Both the position numbers and the translations under genes were made by a program. A stretch of 64,000 nucleotides of DNA from the NCBI GenBank assembly GCA_034678705.1, contig JAXDBP010000030.1, forward strand, positions 50,162-114,161. Direction: 5' to 3'. The notes under the pieces are model-generated. The model was not told the DNA's origin. It ran no database searches and saw only the letters and a program-made list of their open reading frames with translations. Each line of letters begins with the position of its first letter. Position 1 is the stretch's first letter. This DNA comes from Bellilinea sp. (GTDB lineage: Bacteria > Chloroflexota > Anaerolineae > Anaerolineales > Anaerolineaceae). Shown here piece after piece: positions 8,374 to 17,982 of this stretch.

Positions 8374-9924
8374 TCAACTCATCCTTGGTACCTTGTCCTC
8401 CAGCACTGCCCGCAGGCCGTTTTGCGGCGTCCATTCCGCCTTCCAGATCAGCACGGACTGGTCCAGCCAGCCGGGAGCGAGCAGAGCCCGCCGGCCCGCT
8501 GACGGCCAGGCAAGGCTGACCTCCGCCCCGCTCAAGGCGCGAATCGCCCCGTCCGCGGTGATGGCATATTCCGCCTGCTCCTCGCCGGGTTCGCTGCGGA
8601 TGAGCAGGCTGCGGTCGGCGCAGATCTCCGCCAGCAGGCGCCTGCCGGAGGAATCGCCCGCCTGGAGCAGCTCGCGCAGTTCCTCCAGGCAGGTCAGGGT
8701 CCCGTCGCGCCAAAGCAGGGTGTAGCCCGGCACGGTTGCCTGCAGGCGCGCCGTGCTCAGGAACTGTCCACCCAGGTTCGTGTTGGAAAGTTCCAGGATG
8801 CGCTCGCTGCGCAGCTTGTAGCCGACCAGATAAAAATTGATGTCTGCCGTCCCGCCTGACTGTGCTGCCCAGCTGCTGCCGTTCCAAAAGCGCAGGAGAC
8901 CGCCCGGATAGGCGTTGTTATCGTCGCGCATCAGGTGGTAAAACTGAGATGCGCTGAGCGCACCGCTGCGTTGCAGCACCACCCAGTAGGGCGTGTTCGG
9001 TTGAATCACCGGCGGGGATGGCAGGATGAAGCGCACCCAGTGCAGGCCTCGGATGAGGCTGGCTGAGACGGACTGGCTCGACAGCGGCGCCGCGGTGTTC
9101 GGGTTGCCGGAGGCGTCCGGGCAGAGGGTGACCGTGACGCCGTCGCTGCAGCCGCCGGTCTGGTAAAGCCGGACCAGCACCTCGCCGCACTGCCAGGGGC
9201 CGTAACTGGTCTGGAAACTCTGCGCCAGCAGCGAGTCGCTGGTGTTATAGCGCCCGAGGGTTTGAGAGGTGTACGCGGGGCGGATATAGCCCTCGTAGCC
9301 GTCAAACAGGTGCGCATAGCGCCAGCCGATTGTCTCCCACCAGCCGCGGCAGACCAGCCGCAGGCGGATCTGCTCTGGCCTGCCGGGGGATGAAACAGGC
9401 AGGGTCGTGGTGCGGCCTGTCGGCAGGCTGGATGCAGCCAGCCAGGCGTCGCGGGCGGCTTCCGCCTGTTCCTCGACCAGCGAATTGAGGAACAGGACGC
9501 GCTCTTTCACCCCGTACAGACGGATGCTGCGAGCGTCCTCAGCCCAGGGGCTGAAGGTCTTCTCGCCCTGCCATTCGAGATGAGCCTGGCGCTGCCAGTA
9601 CTGCACCGCGACGCGGTTGGTCATCCGCCTCATATCCAGATTCCAGGCGAGCGCCCCATACTGCGCCTCGATGCGCGCCAGGTAGCCCCACCAGACTGGC
9701 TCAGCGGCGGCGTTGAAGATGCGCACACCGCAGCCGGCCAGCGTGGAGAGCCCGGCAGGAAATCCGCCGCGCGGTGGGCGGTCGGCGATTTCCGCGGTCA
9801 GGTCTGCCTGCAGCGGACCGCCTTCGGCGCACCAGCTCAACTTTTCCACGCGCAGATCCAGCCCCGGCTGGGGCAACCAGCCGCCGGATGCGCGCTCGAA
9901 CAGGATCGAAAATTGCTCGCTCAT
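8374..9924 (-). CDS. Hypothetical phage-module protein (possible tail/adsorption component)
   Basis: 516-aa ORF. ATGA overlap with the upstream ORF. No motif recognised. Confidence 0.6.
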   Translation of the reverse strand: MSEQFSILFERASGGWLPQPGLDLRVEKLSWCAEGGPLQADLTAEIADRPPRGGFPAGLSTLAGCGVRIFNAAAEPVWWGYLARIEAQYGALAWNLDMRRMTNRVAVQYWQRQAHLEWQGEKTFSPWAEDARSIRLYGVKERVLFLNSLVEEQAEAARDAWLAASSLPTGRTTTLPVSSPGRPEQIRLRLVCRGWWETIGWRYAHLFDGYEGYIRPAYTSQTLGRYNTSDSLLAQSFQTSYGPWQCGEVLVRLYQTGGCSDGVTVTLCPDASGNPNTAAPLSSQSVSASLIRGLHWVRFILPSPPVIQPNTPYWVVLQRSGALSASQFYHLMRDDNNAYPGGLLRFWNGSSWAAQSGGTADINFYLVGYKLRSERILELSNTNLGGQFLSTARLQATVPGYTLLWRDGTLTCLEELRELLQAGDSSGRRLLAEICADRSLLIRSEPGEEQAEYAITADGAIRALSGAEVSLAWPSAGRRALLAPGWLDQSVLIWKAEWTPQNGLRAVLEDKVPRMS

Positions 9925-11267
9925 GGCTGCTGGACGCGCGCTTTCTGGTAGATCATCACCTGAGCCAGCGCGTCGACCGGCGCGCCGGCGGCGGTTTCGA
10001 ACAGGAAGTAGATTCGGTTTTCACGCCCCGGCTGGAGTGTGATTGGCGAGCCGGTCAGCAGGTGCGAAACATGCTGACTGCCGCTGCTCGATTGCACAGC
10101 GTACACCCTGTTCACGCGCCCGTCGGATATCAGGGTATGGCCTGGCGCCAACCCGCCCAGCGGGCGCAGGTGCTGGAATGAGCTTGCCGGCAGCAGATGG
10201 ACGAAATCGATGCTCAGCGACTTGGTCCCGGCGGCGGTGCATTCAGCCAGTATATGCAGCTCCAGGGGCTGGTAAGCGCCCCCGCCCATTTCGTCCGGCG
10301 GCAGGCGCAGGGCGGGCAGCGGCGCCAGGTACCGGTCGGGAGCGAGCAGCGTCTGCGCGGTTCGCAGCAGTTCCCCGCCGCCGGGGTTGACAACGCTCCA
10401 GCGCAGGTAGATGCCCGCGGCGGGCAGGGCTGCCAGGCGCAGCAGCGGGCGGAAGAGGCAGGCGCGCATATACTGGAGCTGAGACGGGCTGAGCAGCCAT
10501 TTCCACAGCGAGACCTCGCTCTGGGAGGTCCATTCAGCCAAGGCCAAGCGGCCGGCGGAGCAGCTCGAGTCAGCCGGCTGGCTGCTGCCCGTGCAGCCGC
10601 TGCCCGCCGTGCCGGCCTCGCCTTCGAGGACATGCTCGAAGGCGCCGCCGGTGTCCTTCAGGTCGAAGCCGGCGGCGATGTAGCAATCCAGCAGGGCTGC
10701 CGGAAACTCTTGCGGCAGGATCAGGCGCACCTGCACCGGGCAAGGCAGTGTACCGGTGACTTCTGCCGGACCGGCGTCGACGAAGTTCTGGTGACCGCTG
10801 GTTCCATCGCAATGGTTGCGGATCGCCAGGCCGTTCCAGATTTCCGTCCCGTTCTGGTTGCTGAGATCTAGAGCGCGCAGGTTCTCTTCCCAGTAGTCCG
10901 CCCGGGTGAGATACAGGCGCAGGATCTGCACACTGCGCTTGCGGTCGTTCAAACCGCCGTCGAGCAGCTCGACTTTGCCGGCGACCACCCGCGCGGAGAG
11001 TGTCGTCATGCCGGCGGCGCTTTGAAGGAAGAGGTAGGCGTCGTTGATGCGCGCCTGGCTGAGCGAAATTTTTTCTCCCAGGCTTTGCACCAGCGTCTGG
11101 ATGCCCGACCCGCGCAGGGCTAGGTCGATCACTTCTTCGACCAGCCCGCCGGGGAGCGCCTCGAGGCGCTCCTTGCGGCGGGCGCCGACCACCGGCGGGC
11201 TGACCGAGCTACCGTGCAGGTGCAGGGCGTTCGCCCCGTCCTGATCGGCAAGATAGAGTCTCTCCAT
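9921..11267 (-). CDS. Hypothetical phage-module protein (possible tail/baseplate component)
   Basis: 448-aa ORF in the same operon-like array. No motif recognised. Confidence 0.6.
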   Translation of the reverse strand: MERLYLADQDGANALHLHGSSVSPPVVGARRKERLEALPGGLVEEVIDLALRGSGIQTLVQSLGEKISLSQARINDAYLFLQSAAGMTTLSARVVAGKVELLDGGLNDRKRSVQILRLYLTRADYWEENLRALDLSNQNGTEIWNGLAIRNHCDGTSGHQNFVDAGPAEVTGTLPCPVQVRLILPQEFPAALLDCYIAAGFDLKDTGGAFEHVLEGEAGTAGSGCTGSSQPADSSCSAGRLALAEWTSQSEVSLWKWLLSPSQLQYMRACLFRPLLRLAALPAAGIYLRWSVVNPGGGELLRTAQTLLAPDRYLAPLPALRLPPDEMGGGAYQPLELHILAECTAAGTKSLSIDFVHLLPASSFQHLRPLGGLAPGHTLISDGRVNRVYAVQSSSGSQHVSHLLTGSPITLQPGRENRIYFLFETAAGAPVDALAQVMIYQKARVQQP

Positions 11268-11310
11268 GAGTCATTCTCCTCTGGATCAATCGATCCGGTC
11301 AGGCCGCGCC

Positions 11311-11766
11311 TCAACCCAGGTCGCCGTCCAGGCGCCAGCCGGCGGGGAGTTCATCCTCTCCGGTAGGGAAGGGCGCATCCGCCGAGCTTTGCAGCTCGCT
11401 CGTCCGCAACCGAGCCAGCAGGGCCAGCCCGTACTGGAATTGCTTGAGCAGCCCGCTGCCGGCGGCGGCGTAGGCCTGGCAGACGCCTGGCTGGAAGTTG
11501 TACAGGTCGGCGCGGCCGGCTGCCAGCATGAAGAGCGCGTACGCCGTTGCGCCGCGCGCCAGCAGTGATGCCAGCCCGGCGGGTATATCGGTCGCGACGG
11601 CGCCGTCCAGGCTGGCGAGGCTCCAGGCCTGACCGGCTGCCTGGTTGAGGTCATCCAGCGCCTGGTGAATACATTCACCGATTTCGGCCTCGCTCCAGGT
11701 CAGGCCGGGGCTGTCCTTCAAAAGGCAGCGCACCCGGGCGGTGATGGAGGTCAGACTGGCGCTCAT
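11311..11766 (-). CDS. Hypothetical phage-module protein (possible head-tail adaptor)
   Basis: 151-aa ORF. ATGA overlap with the 63-aa ORF upstream. Confidence 0.5.
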   Translation of the reverse strand: MSASLTSITARVRCLLKDSPGLTWSEAEIGECIHQALDDLNQAAGQAWSLASLDGAVATDIPAGLASLLARGATAYALFMLAAGRADLYNFQPGVCQAYAAAGSGLLKQFQYGLALLARLRTSELQSSADAPFPTGEDELPAGWRLDGDLG

Positions 11767-11954
11767 GGCTGCACCGCCCGGGTGAGCTTCTGCCCGCTCT
11801 TGAAAAGGATCACGATGCGGCCGGGGTAGATCTTCCAGGCCAGCACCTGCGCGCGGGGCATGCCCAGCTCAGCACAGGCCTGGTCAAGCCAGACCTCGAC
11901 GGCAGGTTTGCACGCCCGGGCGCGGGAAAGTGGTTTGCGGCTGGATACGGACAT
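11763..11954 (-). CDS. Small hypothetical phage-module protein
   Basis: 63-aa ORF in register with the array. Confidence 0.4.
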   Translation of the reverse strand: MSVSSRKPLSRARACKPAVEVWLDQACAELGMPRAQVLAWKIYPGRIVILFKSGQKLTRAVQP

Positions 11955-11990
11955 TGGCGGACTTCCTTGCCGGGGGTGGGCTGGCGGGGC

Positions 11991-12200
11991 TCAACTGCCC
12001 CGCCGTCCGGCATCCTCGATGGCCACGCCGGTGCTGTAGACCGCCAGCGCGGCGATCAGCGCCTGGACGGCCTGCCAGCCGTCCATCTGTCCGTTGCAGT
12101 AGCCGGCGGCGATGGCCGCCAGCGCAGCCAGCAGCACCCAGAACTTGCGCGAGCGCAGCATCATCTTGATTTGCTGCCAGAAAGTCAGATTCTCATTCAT
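11991..12200 (-). CDS. Holin-like small membrane protein
   Basis: 69 aa with two hydrophobic helices (FWVLLAALAAIAAGY and AVQALIAALAVYSTGVAI) and a charged C-terminus. Overlaps the lysin stop by 8 nt. Confidence 0.45.
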   Translation of the reverse strand: MNENLTFWQQIKMMLRSRKFWVLLAALAAIAAGYCNGQMDGWQAVQALIAALAVYSTGVAIEDAGRRGS

Positions 12201-13026
12201 TTTGGTTCTCCTCTACTTGGGGATGGATTTCGGGGTGAGCCAGCCAGAGCCTTTTGAGCATCTCCGACGGCTCGAGGGTCATACCGGGCGATTCGGGCGG
12301 ATCAGGGCGGCACCAGGCGCGCAGCTGCGCCAGGCCGCCGTTGAAGAAGTTCAAATCCAGCGGCGAGCGCGCCCCTGGCAGGATGAATTTCTCCGCGCTG
12401 AACTGCCAGAAGTGCCAGCCGCGGCAGTCCTCCGGCAGAGCCGGGGAGCTGATCCTGGGGAAATGCTGGCGCAACTGTTCCCAACTGCAGCTCACCCGCC
12501 CGCTGCCGTATGGGTAATGCGCCAGCCAGAGATCCCACTGCGGAAGCCAGGCGAGCATCGCCCTGGCGTAGTCGCGCACGAAGCTGGCGCGGGTGTAGAT
12601 CAGCACCGGCAGGCCGCTGACCGCCTGGATTTTGGCGGCAACGGTTTTGGCGCTCTGGCTGATGCGGTTGGGCGGGATGAAGCGGGTGACACGCCTGGCT
12701 TGCCATTCGTTCCAATCCTGCCAGTACTGCTCGACGTCGACCGCGGCGAAGGCTACCTGCTTGCCTTCGATCGCCGCCAGGAAGTTTTCAGCCTGGCGCC
12801 GGTCGTCGTGGGTCGGGTCGCACCAGTGATAGGCGCCGCAGATCAGCCCGGCGGAGAGCGCGCCCTGCAGGTGCTGCTCGAAGCGCGGGTCGCGCATGGA
12901 CGCTCCCTGCGCAGCTTTGAGGATGGCAAAGGCGACTCCACCGGCCTTGAGCTGAGCCCAGTCCAGGCGTATGTCCCAGCGGCTGGCGTCGATTCCAAGG
13001 GTGTAGGTCATCGGGGTGTTGTCCAT
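12193..13026 (-). CDS. GH25 family lysozyme/muramidase (endolysin)
   Basis: GIDASRWD..DWAQLKAGGVAFAILKAAQG...GAYHW...VDVEQ pattern typical of GH25. Confidence 0.8.
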   Translation of the reverse strand: MDNTPMTYTLGIDASRWDIRLDWAQLKAGGVAFAILKAAQGASMRDPRFEQHLQGALSAGLICGAYHWCDPTHDDRRQAENFLAAIEGKQVAFAAVDVEQYWQDWNEWQARRVTRFIPPNRISQSAKTVAAKIQAVSGLPVLIYTRASFVRDYARAMLAWLPQWDLWLAHYPYGSGRVSCSWEQLRQHFPRISSPALPEDCRGWHFWQFSAEKFILPGARSPLDLNFFNGGLAQLRAWCRPDPPESPGMTLEPSEMLKRLWLAHPEIHPQVEENQNE

Positions 13027-13046
13027 TTTGTCCTTTTGCCTTCTTT

Positions 13047-13120
13047 GTCATTCCGAGCGAAGCGAGGAATCTTTCCCTCCGTCCTTGAAGATTTCTCCTC
13101 GCTACGCTCGTCGAAATGAC
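13047..13120. repeat. REP/MITE-like imperfect hairpin repeat (GTCATTCCGAGCGAAGCGAGGAATC family)
   Basis: Near-identical to the copies at 33070-33144 and 33215-33289. The two halves are imperfectly inverted relative to each other. Confidence 0.8.
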
Positions 13121-13141
13121 ATCTTGGGACAGGAATGGCAG

Positions 13142-15031
13142 CTAAACCACATTCGCCTTGTAAAGCGGGCGGTAGTCGGCGACGAAGACGCTCAGCCAGT
13201 GGCGCACCTTCATACGCACCTCGTCGTTGCTGAACAGCGCCCCGCTGGTCTCTGAGTCGGAGATGAAGATCTCCGGCAGCAGACCGAAGCGCTCGGCGAC
13301 GATGATCGCCGGCGCCAGGCGCGGATCGGCGACCGCGGCCCAGTCGCTGGCGTCGCTGAACTCCGGACAGGTGATCACATCACCCATCTCGCCGCGCTGC
13401 AGGTTCTCGGAGAAGATGTTGGCCTCGCGCTCGAAGGACGGGTAGAGGATGCGCATGGCGGTCAGGCGCAGCGAGCGCGGCACGACGCAGTAACGCGCGT
13501 CCAGCGCCAGCCTGGGCGCCGTCCCGCCGCTGGCCAGCAGCATCGGCTGCTCGTAGATCGCCTGGCTGGCGGCCTCCCAGGACTCAGACGAGAGCGCCGC
13601 GCTGCCCAGGTTGGCGTGGTGGCTGGCGTCGAAGACGTTGTAGCTGTCCGCCATCTGCGGGCCGGCGCCGCTGTTGGCGGTGAAGACCGAGCCGACCAGC
13701 GCCGAGATGCGCCGCAGCGCCGCCGAGGCCAGCTTGTAGGGGTACTGGCGCAGCTTGTGGGTCTCGTCGCGCTCGAACATCTCCAGCGTCAGGCCGATGT
13801 AGCCGCCGTACTTGGTCCAGCCGGCGGTTTCGGCCGAGTCCTTGAGCTCCAGCTCGGTGTAGGGCGCGCCCTCATCCACGCTGGGCAGCACGGTCACCTC
13901 GCCGACCAGCACGCCGCTGATGGTGTGCAGGCTGGTGAAGTGCTCGACCGAGACGATCGGCTCCCACCAGCGGTAGCCGCTGCGCCCGAGCTCCTGCCAG
14001 CCCATCACGATCAGCTTGTTGAGCGCGTTTTTAAGCAGGCCGGGCAGGGTGGCGCTGGTGGCGAGCGCCGCCCGCTCGGGGTAGTAGCCGCCGTAGAAGC
14101 TGGTGTCGCCGGTCAGCATGGTGTACAGCTCGCGGATGCCGGAGAGGCGCGCGGTCTTGACCGACTTCAGGCCCTCCGGGCGTTCGGCGCCGAGCAGGTC
14201 GTAGGCCGCCGCGGTGAGCTGGTCCTCGCTGGAGACCATGCCGCTGATCCGCCCGGGTCCCTGCACGACCGCGCCGCCGGTCAACCGGGCGGCCAGATCG
14301 CGCCCGTCCTGAAGGGCGGCCCGCAACTCGGCCGGTTCGAAGATCCGCCCGCTGAACTGGGCGCGGATGCGCTCTGCCAGCGGCGCGGGCAGGTGCGCAG
14401 CCGTCAGGCTCTGCTCGAGCAGGCAGGCGCACATCTCCGCGCGCAGGGCGCGGGCCTTTTCCAGCTCGTCTGCGGCGGATTCGGGCGCGGCGGCAGCCGG
14501 CAATGAATTGGTTTGGGTTGCTTCGTCCATGGTGGGTTTACCTCCTTTGATCGTTTGTCTGGTTTGCTGATTGAGCGCGCGCAGGAAGGCCCCGCCGCGC
14601 GCAGGATTCATGACCACGTCCACCGAGAGCACGCGCAGGATCTTGCTCACCCTGCGCCCGCTGGCGGAGAAGAGAATATCGGCCGAGAAACCGACGTCCG
14701 GCCGGACGTCGCTGTTCAGCGCCGCCTGGGCCAGTTGATTGAGAATAGGTCCGCCCGGGCCGACCGCCTTGAGCGTCAGGCGGATGCCCTGGCGGGCGTC
14801 ATCCCAGACCGGCGAGTGCAGCACGCCGGCCAGGTCGCGCACGGAGTGACCCCAGAGGGAGTGGTCCAGGTAACATTCGCGACCGTCCCACAGCGCCAGC
14901 GACTCGCGCAGTACCTCGGCGGGAAAATCCCAGCCGTTGCCGGCGCCGGCGCTGATCGCCAGGATCTCGAACTTGCCGCCCTGCGGCGATGAGGAAAGGA
15001 GCAGGCGCTCCTGGATGGTTTCGTCTGACAT
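13142..15031 (-). CDS. Prohead protease (HK97 family-like) fused to major capsid protein
   Basis: N-terminus YLDHSLWGHSV ... GFSADILF resembles the His/Ser of a prohead protease. The C-terminal roughly 400 aa look capsid-like. Position after the portal gene fits. Confidence 0.65.
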   Translation of the reverse strand: MSDETIQERLLLSSSPQGGKFEILAISAGAGNGWDFPAEVLRESLALWDGRECYLDHSLWGHSVRDLAGVLHSPVWDDARQGIRLTLKAVGPGGPILNQLAQAALNSDVRPDVGFSADILFSASGRRVSKILRVLSVDVVMNPARGGAFLRALNQQTRQTIKGGKPTMDEATQTNSLPAAAAPESAADELEKARALRAEMCACLLEQSLTAAHLPAPLAERIRAQFSGRIFEPAELRAALQDGRDLAARLTGGAVVQGPGRISGMVSSEDQLTAAAYDLLGAERPEGLKSVKTARLSGIRELYTMLTGDTSFYGGYYPERAALATSATLPGLLKNALNKLIVMGWQELGRSGYRWWEPIVSVEHFTSLHTISGVLVGEVTVLPSVDEGAPYTELELKDSAETAGWTKYGGYIGLTLEMFERDETHKLRQYPYKLASAALRRISALVGSVFTANSGAGPQMADSYNVFDASHHANLGSAALSSESWEAASQAIYEQPMLLASGGTAPRLALDARYCVVPRSLRLTAMRILYPSFEREANIFSENLQRGEMGDVITCPEFSDASDWAAVADPRLAPAIIVAERFGLLPEIFISDSETSGALFSNDEVRMKVRHWLSVFVADYRPLYKANVV

Positions 15032-15041
15032 GGCTGCCTCC

Positions 15042-16415
15042 TCAGGATGGCTGGGTTCCCAACGGATGGGGCGGCTGATCGCCGGAACGCCCGCGGGCGA
15101 GCAGGTCGTTCACGTCGGCAACCTCGCCGAAGAAGCGGTAGGTCAGGCGCAGCATCTCGGCGTCGTCGATCAGCCCGCGGTCGCGCAGCTGCGCCAGCAC
15201 GCCGATGATGTGCCGTGCCGCCAGCCCCAATTGCAGGTTGTCGCGCGAGGATAGATCCGCGCCGTGCACTTCCAAGCGCGCCTGCGCATCGACGCGCCCG
15301 CGCCCGTTGACCGCGTGCTCGGCCAGCGCCCGCCGGTTGACGACCGCCCTCAGCACGTCGGCCAGCAGCCAGAGGAAGTAGGCCTGGCGCTGCTCGAAGC
15401 GGCGGTAGGTCGGCCCGCCGGCGGCCTCGGCGGTGGTGCGCGTGGCCGATTCCGGCTCGGCCAGGAAGTGCAATGGCAGCCCGGCGCCGGCAGCGATCAT
15501 CTTCTTCAGCGCCAGCCCGTCGGTGTTGGCCTCGTCCGATTCCAGGCGCGGATGGATCACCTCCCAGCTCTCGCTCTCGTCGGTCACCAGGATCGAGCCG
15601 GGCGAGGGCGGCGCGGCGTTGAGCTTTTGCTGGCGCGCCAGGCGCTCGCTCTCGCTGGTGAAGCGCGCCCTGACCACGTAGAGGAAGGCGGTGCGGAATC
15701 GGTTCAGCCTGGCGCGGTCTTCCAGCCAATTAGCGTAGCGGCTCAGCCAGCGCAGCACAGGGGCCAGGTCCGGCTCGCCCCACAGCGCGCCAGCCGGGCG
15801 GTTGACCGCGTAGTGCAGCACGACCGTCGGAAAGCCGCCCTCGGGGCCGGGCGCGTCGCTCTCGGCGTCATAGACCGGCCAGGGCCGCGGCTGGGGCTGT
15901 TCCAGCGTGGGGCGCGGCAATACGGCAGTTTCCTGATCCACATCGTTCGGGCGGTGCTGAATTTCGGCGACCTCGCTGGCCGGCACTGCGCGTACGTAGC
16001 TCATCCCGGCCGAGTCGGTCGAGAGCAGTACGAACAGGTTTCCGCTGCGCGAAAGCTCGTCGCACCACTCGCAGATGCGCACCGCCATCCGGTTGAGCGG
16101 GTGATTCCAGAAGGCCTCTAGAAAGCGCGCGGTCGGCGCGTGCTTGCAGCGCAGGCTGACCCCGCTACCGACCACATACTGGGTGGTCAGCTCGATCAGC
16201 CGGCGCGCCAGCGGATTCAGCCGCCAGGCCTCCAGCGACTGCTCCAGCAGCGTCTGACGGTCGGGGATCAGCCGGTCACGTGGGCCGCCGTTCAGGGCGC
16301 GGCTGCCGAGCAGAAAGGTCGCGTCGGTTTCCTCGGCCAGGCCCGCGCGCACCTGCCGGCGGATTTCGCCGGCGAACAGGCGCCTGACCAGTCCGGATAA
16401 GAGCGAAGATGGCAT
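15042..16415 (-). CDS. Phage portal protein
   Basis: 457 aa. RLNPLARRLIELTTQYVVGSGV block. Lies between the terminase and capsid genes. Confidence 0.75.
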   Translation of the reverse strand: MPSSLLSGLVRRLFAGEIRRQVRAGLAEETDATFLLGSRALNGGPRDRLIPDRQTLLEQSLEAWRLNPLARRLIELTTQYVVGSGVSLRCKHAPTARFLEAFWNHPLNRMAVRICEWCDELSRSGNLFVLLSTDSAGMSYVRAVPASEVAEIQHRPNDVDQETAVLPRPTLEQPQPRPWPVYDAESDAPGPEGGFPTVVLHYAVNRPAGALWGEPDLAPVLRWLSRYANWLEDRARLNRFRTAFLYVVRARFTSESERLARQQKLNAAPPSPGSILVTDESESWEVIHPRLESDEANTDGLALKKMIAAGAGLPLHFLAEPESATRTTAEAAGGPTYRRFEQRQAYFLWLLADVLRAVVNRRALAEHAVNGRGRVDAQARLEVHGADLSSRDNLQLGLAARHIIGVLAQLRDRGLIDDAEMLRLTYRFFGEVADVNDLLARGRSGDQPPHPLGTQPS

Positions 16416-16452
16416 GTCACCTCCTTGGGTGGAATGGGATGAGTAGGTCGGC

Positions 16453-17865
16453 TTAAAAGCCGCTGTCCAGCTCCCTGAGCGGGTCGCGCGTCCCGTCCGG
16501 CACGCCCCAGCGCATGCGCTTCTCGGGTCCGGGCAGGATCTGATACTGGCAGTTCCTCAACTGAGCCTGGAAGGGCTCCGACAGGGGAGCGGTCTCGCCG
16601 GCCGGTTCCTTCCAGCGCCCGCTGTCGACGACCGCCAGGAAATCCCAGCCGAGCTTGCTCTTGCTGGCGGCGCTGAACTGGAAGGCGATCACCCGCCCGG
16701 GCATGGCGCGGCTGAGAAAGGCCGCCAGCCCTGCGCCGACGCCGGTGGCATCCACTACCAGTTGACGCGCCTGCCAGGCTTCGGCCAGCGCCAGCAGTTC
16801 AGCGTACAGCCGGTCGTGCTTCTGGCCGGTCCACTGGCGGCGGTGGACGCAGCGGTAGGTCGGAGCGCGCAGCAGCGGATCGCTCAGCGTGGTCAGGTCG
16901 ACCTCGACGACGGTCAGCGCGGTCGCGTCCCGCCCCGGATTGCGCAGTTGCGCGGCTTCGCCGGGAGAGCCCTCCTCGGCGCCCTCGTCCGCGCCGGCCA
17001 CGTCCAGCAGCATGGCATAGAGCCGCCCCGGCAGCGGCGCATCCAGCGCGGCGTGGCTGCCGCGCATCAGCGCGCGGCGCGCGGGCGGGAACATGCCGCC
17101 GTCGCCGTCGATCTCCTCGCTGTAGAACTGGGTGCGGATCAGCGGGTGGCTGCGGCCCAGGCGGGCGACCTGCGCGGCGACGAAGCGCCGGTAGGCCGGA
17201 ACCTCAGCCGCCACCCGGTCAGCGTCGGCGACGAAGACGCGCTGCAGGCCGTCATGACGCTGGGCTTCGCGGGCGGCGCGCAGCTCGCGCGCAAGCAGCG
17301 TCTGGCTGGTCCAGGCCGTGCCCCAGAAGACGCGCGTGGCATTGGTCGAGGCGGCCATCGGCGCAATTTCCTTCTCGTATTTTTCGATCTGGATGTCCTG
17401 CGCCTCATCGACCGAAAGCAGCAGGTTGGCCGTCGCGCCGACGATGTTGGCCTCCGGCGATCCGCTCAGGAAGAAGATGCGCGCCTTGCCGACGCGGTAG
17501 ATGTAGCCCGACTCCTTCTGCCAGAGGCCGCGGGTGAGCAGGTTGCGCTCCAGCACGCGCTGCAGCCGGCGCATGGCGTTCAGCGACTGCGGCTTCCAGG
17601 TTGGGGATATCTTGACCATCTCGGCGTCCAGCTCCTGGCTGACCGCCAGCAGGTAGGTTTCGATCTGAGCCTGCAGCTCGTTCTTACCGGACTGGCGCGG
17701 GAACATGACCACGAAGGTCAACCCCTGCTTGAGCAGGGCAGAGCGCACCAGCGCGCGCATCACCTCGGCCTGGTAGCTGCGCAGCCGGATGCCCGAGCCG
17801 TAGCGGGCGAAGGCGACCGGGTCGGCGAGCAGGGACTTCTGGATTTCGAGCGGGATCGTGTTCAT
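16453..17865 (-). CDS. Terminase large subunit
   Basis: Walker A-like FPRQSGKNE, Walker B LLLSVDEAQ, C-terminal nuclease-like LLDVAG / VVDATGVG. Confidence 0.8.
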   Translation of the reverse strand: MNTIPLEIQKSLLADPVAFARYGSGIRLRSYQAEVMRALVRSALLKQGLTFVVMFPRQSGKNELQAQIETYLLAVSQELDAEMVKISPTWKPQSLNAMRRLQRVLERNLLTRGLWQKESGYIYRVGKARIFFLSGSPEANIVGATANLLLSVDEAQDIQIEKYEKEIAPMAASTNATRVFWGTAWTSQTLLARELRAAREAQRHDGLQRVFVADADRVAAEVPAYRRFVAAQVARLGRSHPLIRTQFYSEEIDGDGGMFPPARRALMRGSHAALDAPLPGRLYAMLLDVAGADEGAEEGSPGEAAQLRNPGRDATALTVVEVDLTTLSDPLLRAPTYRCVHRRQWTGQKHDRLYAELLALAEAWQARQLVVDATGVGAGLAAFLSRAMPGRVIAFQFSAASKSKLGWDFLAVVDSGRWKEPAGETAPLSEPFQAQLRNCQYQILPGPEKRMRWGVPDGTRDPLRELDSGF

Positions 17866-17982
17866 CGCGGCATGGTGCGGATGGGGGCGGGCGGCGCAGG
17901 GGTGCCGGGCGCGGTGAGGGAAATGCGGCGCGCGGAGGGCTGGGAGATGGCCGTGCCGCCGCCCGCCCAGGGGGGAACCGGG

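Noticed and set aside
7883-8887. 334-aa version of the OsmC ORF, and likewise the 340-aa version of ORF 47714-48736
   Set aside because: The N-terminal extensions are Arg/Gly/Pro-rich and overlap other features: the end of the 516-aa phage-module ORF in the first case, and the tRNA-Pro and esterase gene in the second. Internal ATGs with good RBSs give family-typical lengths.
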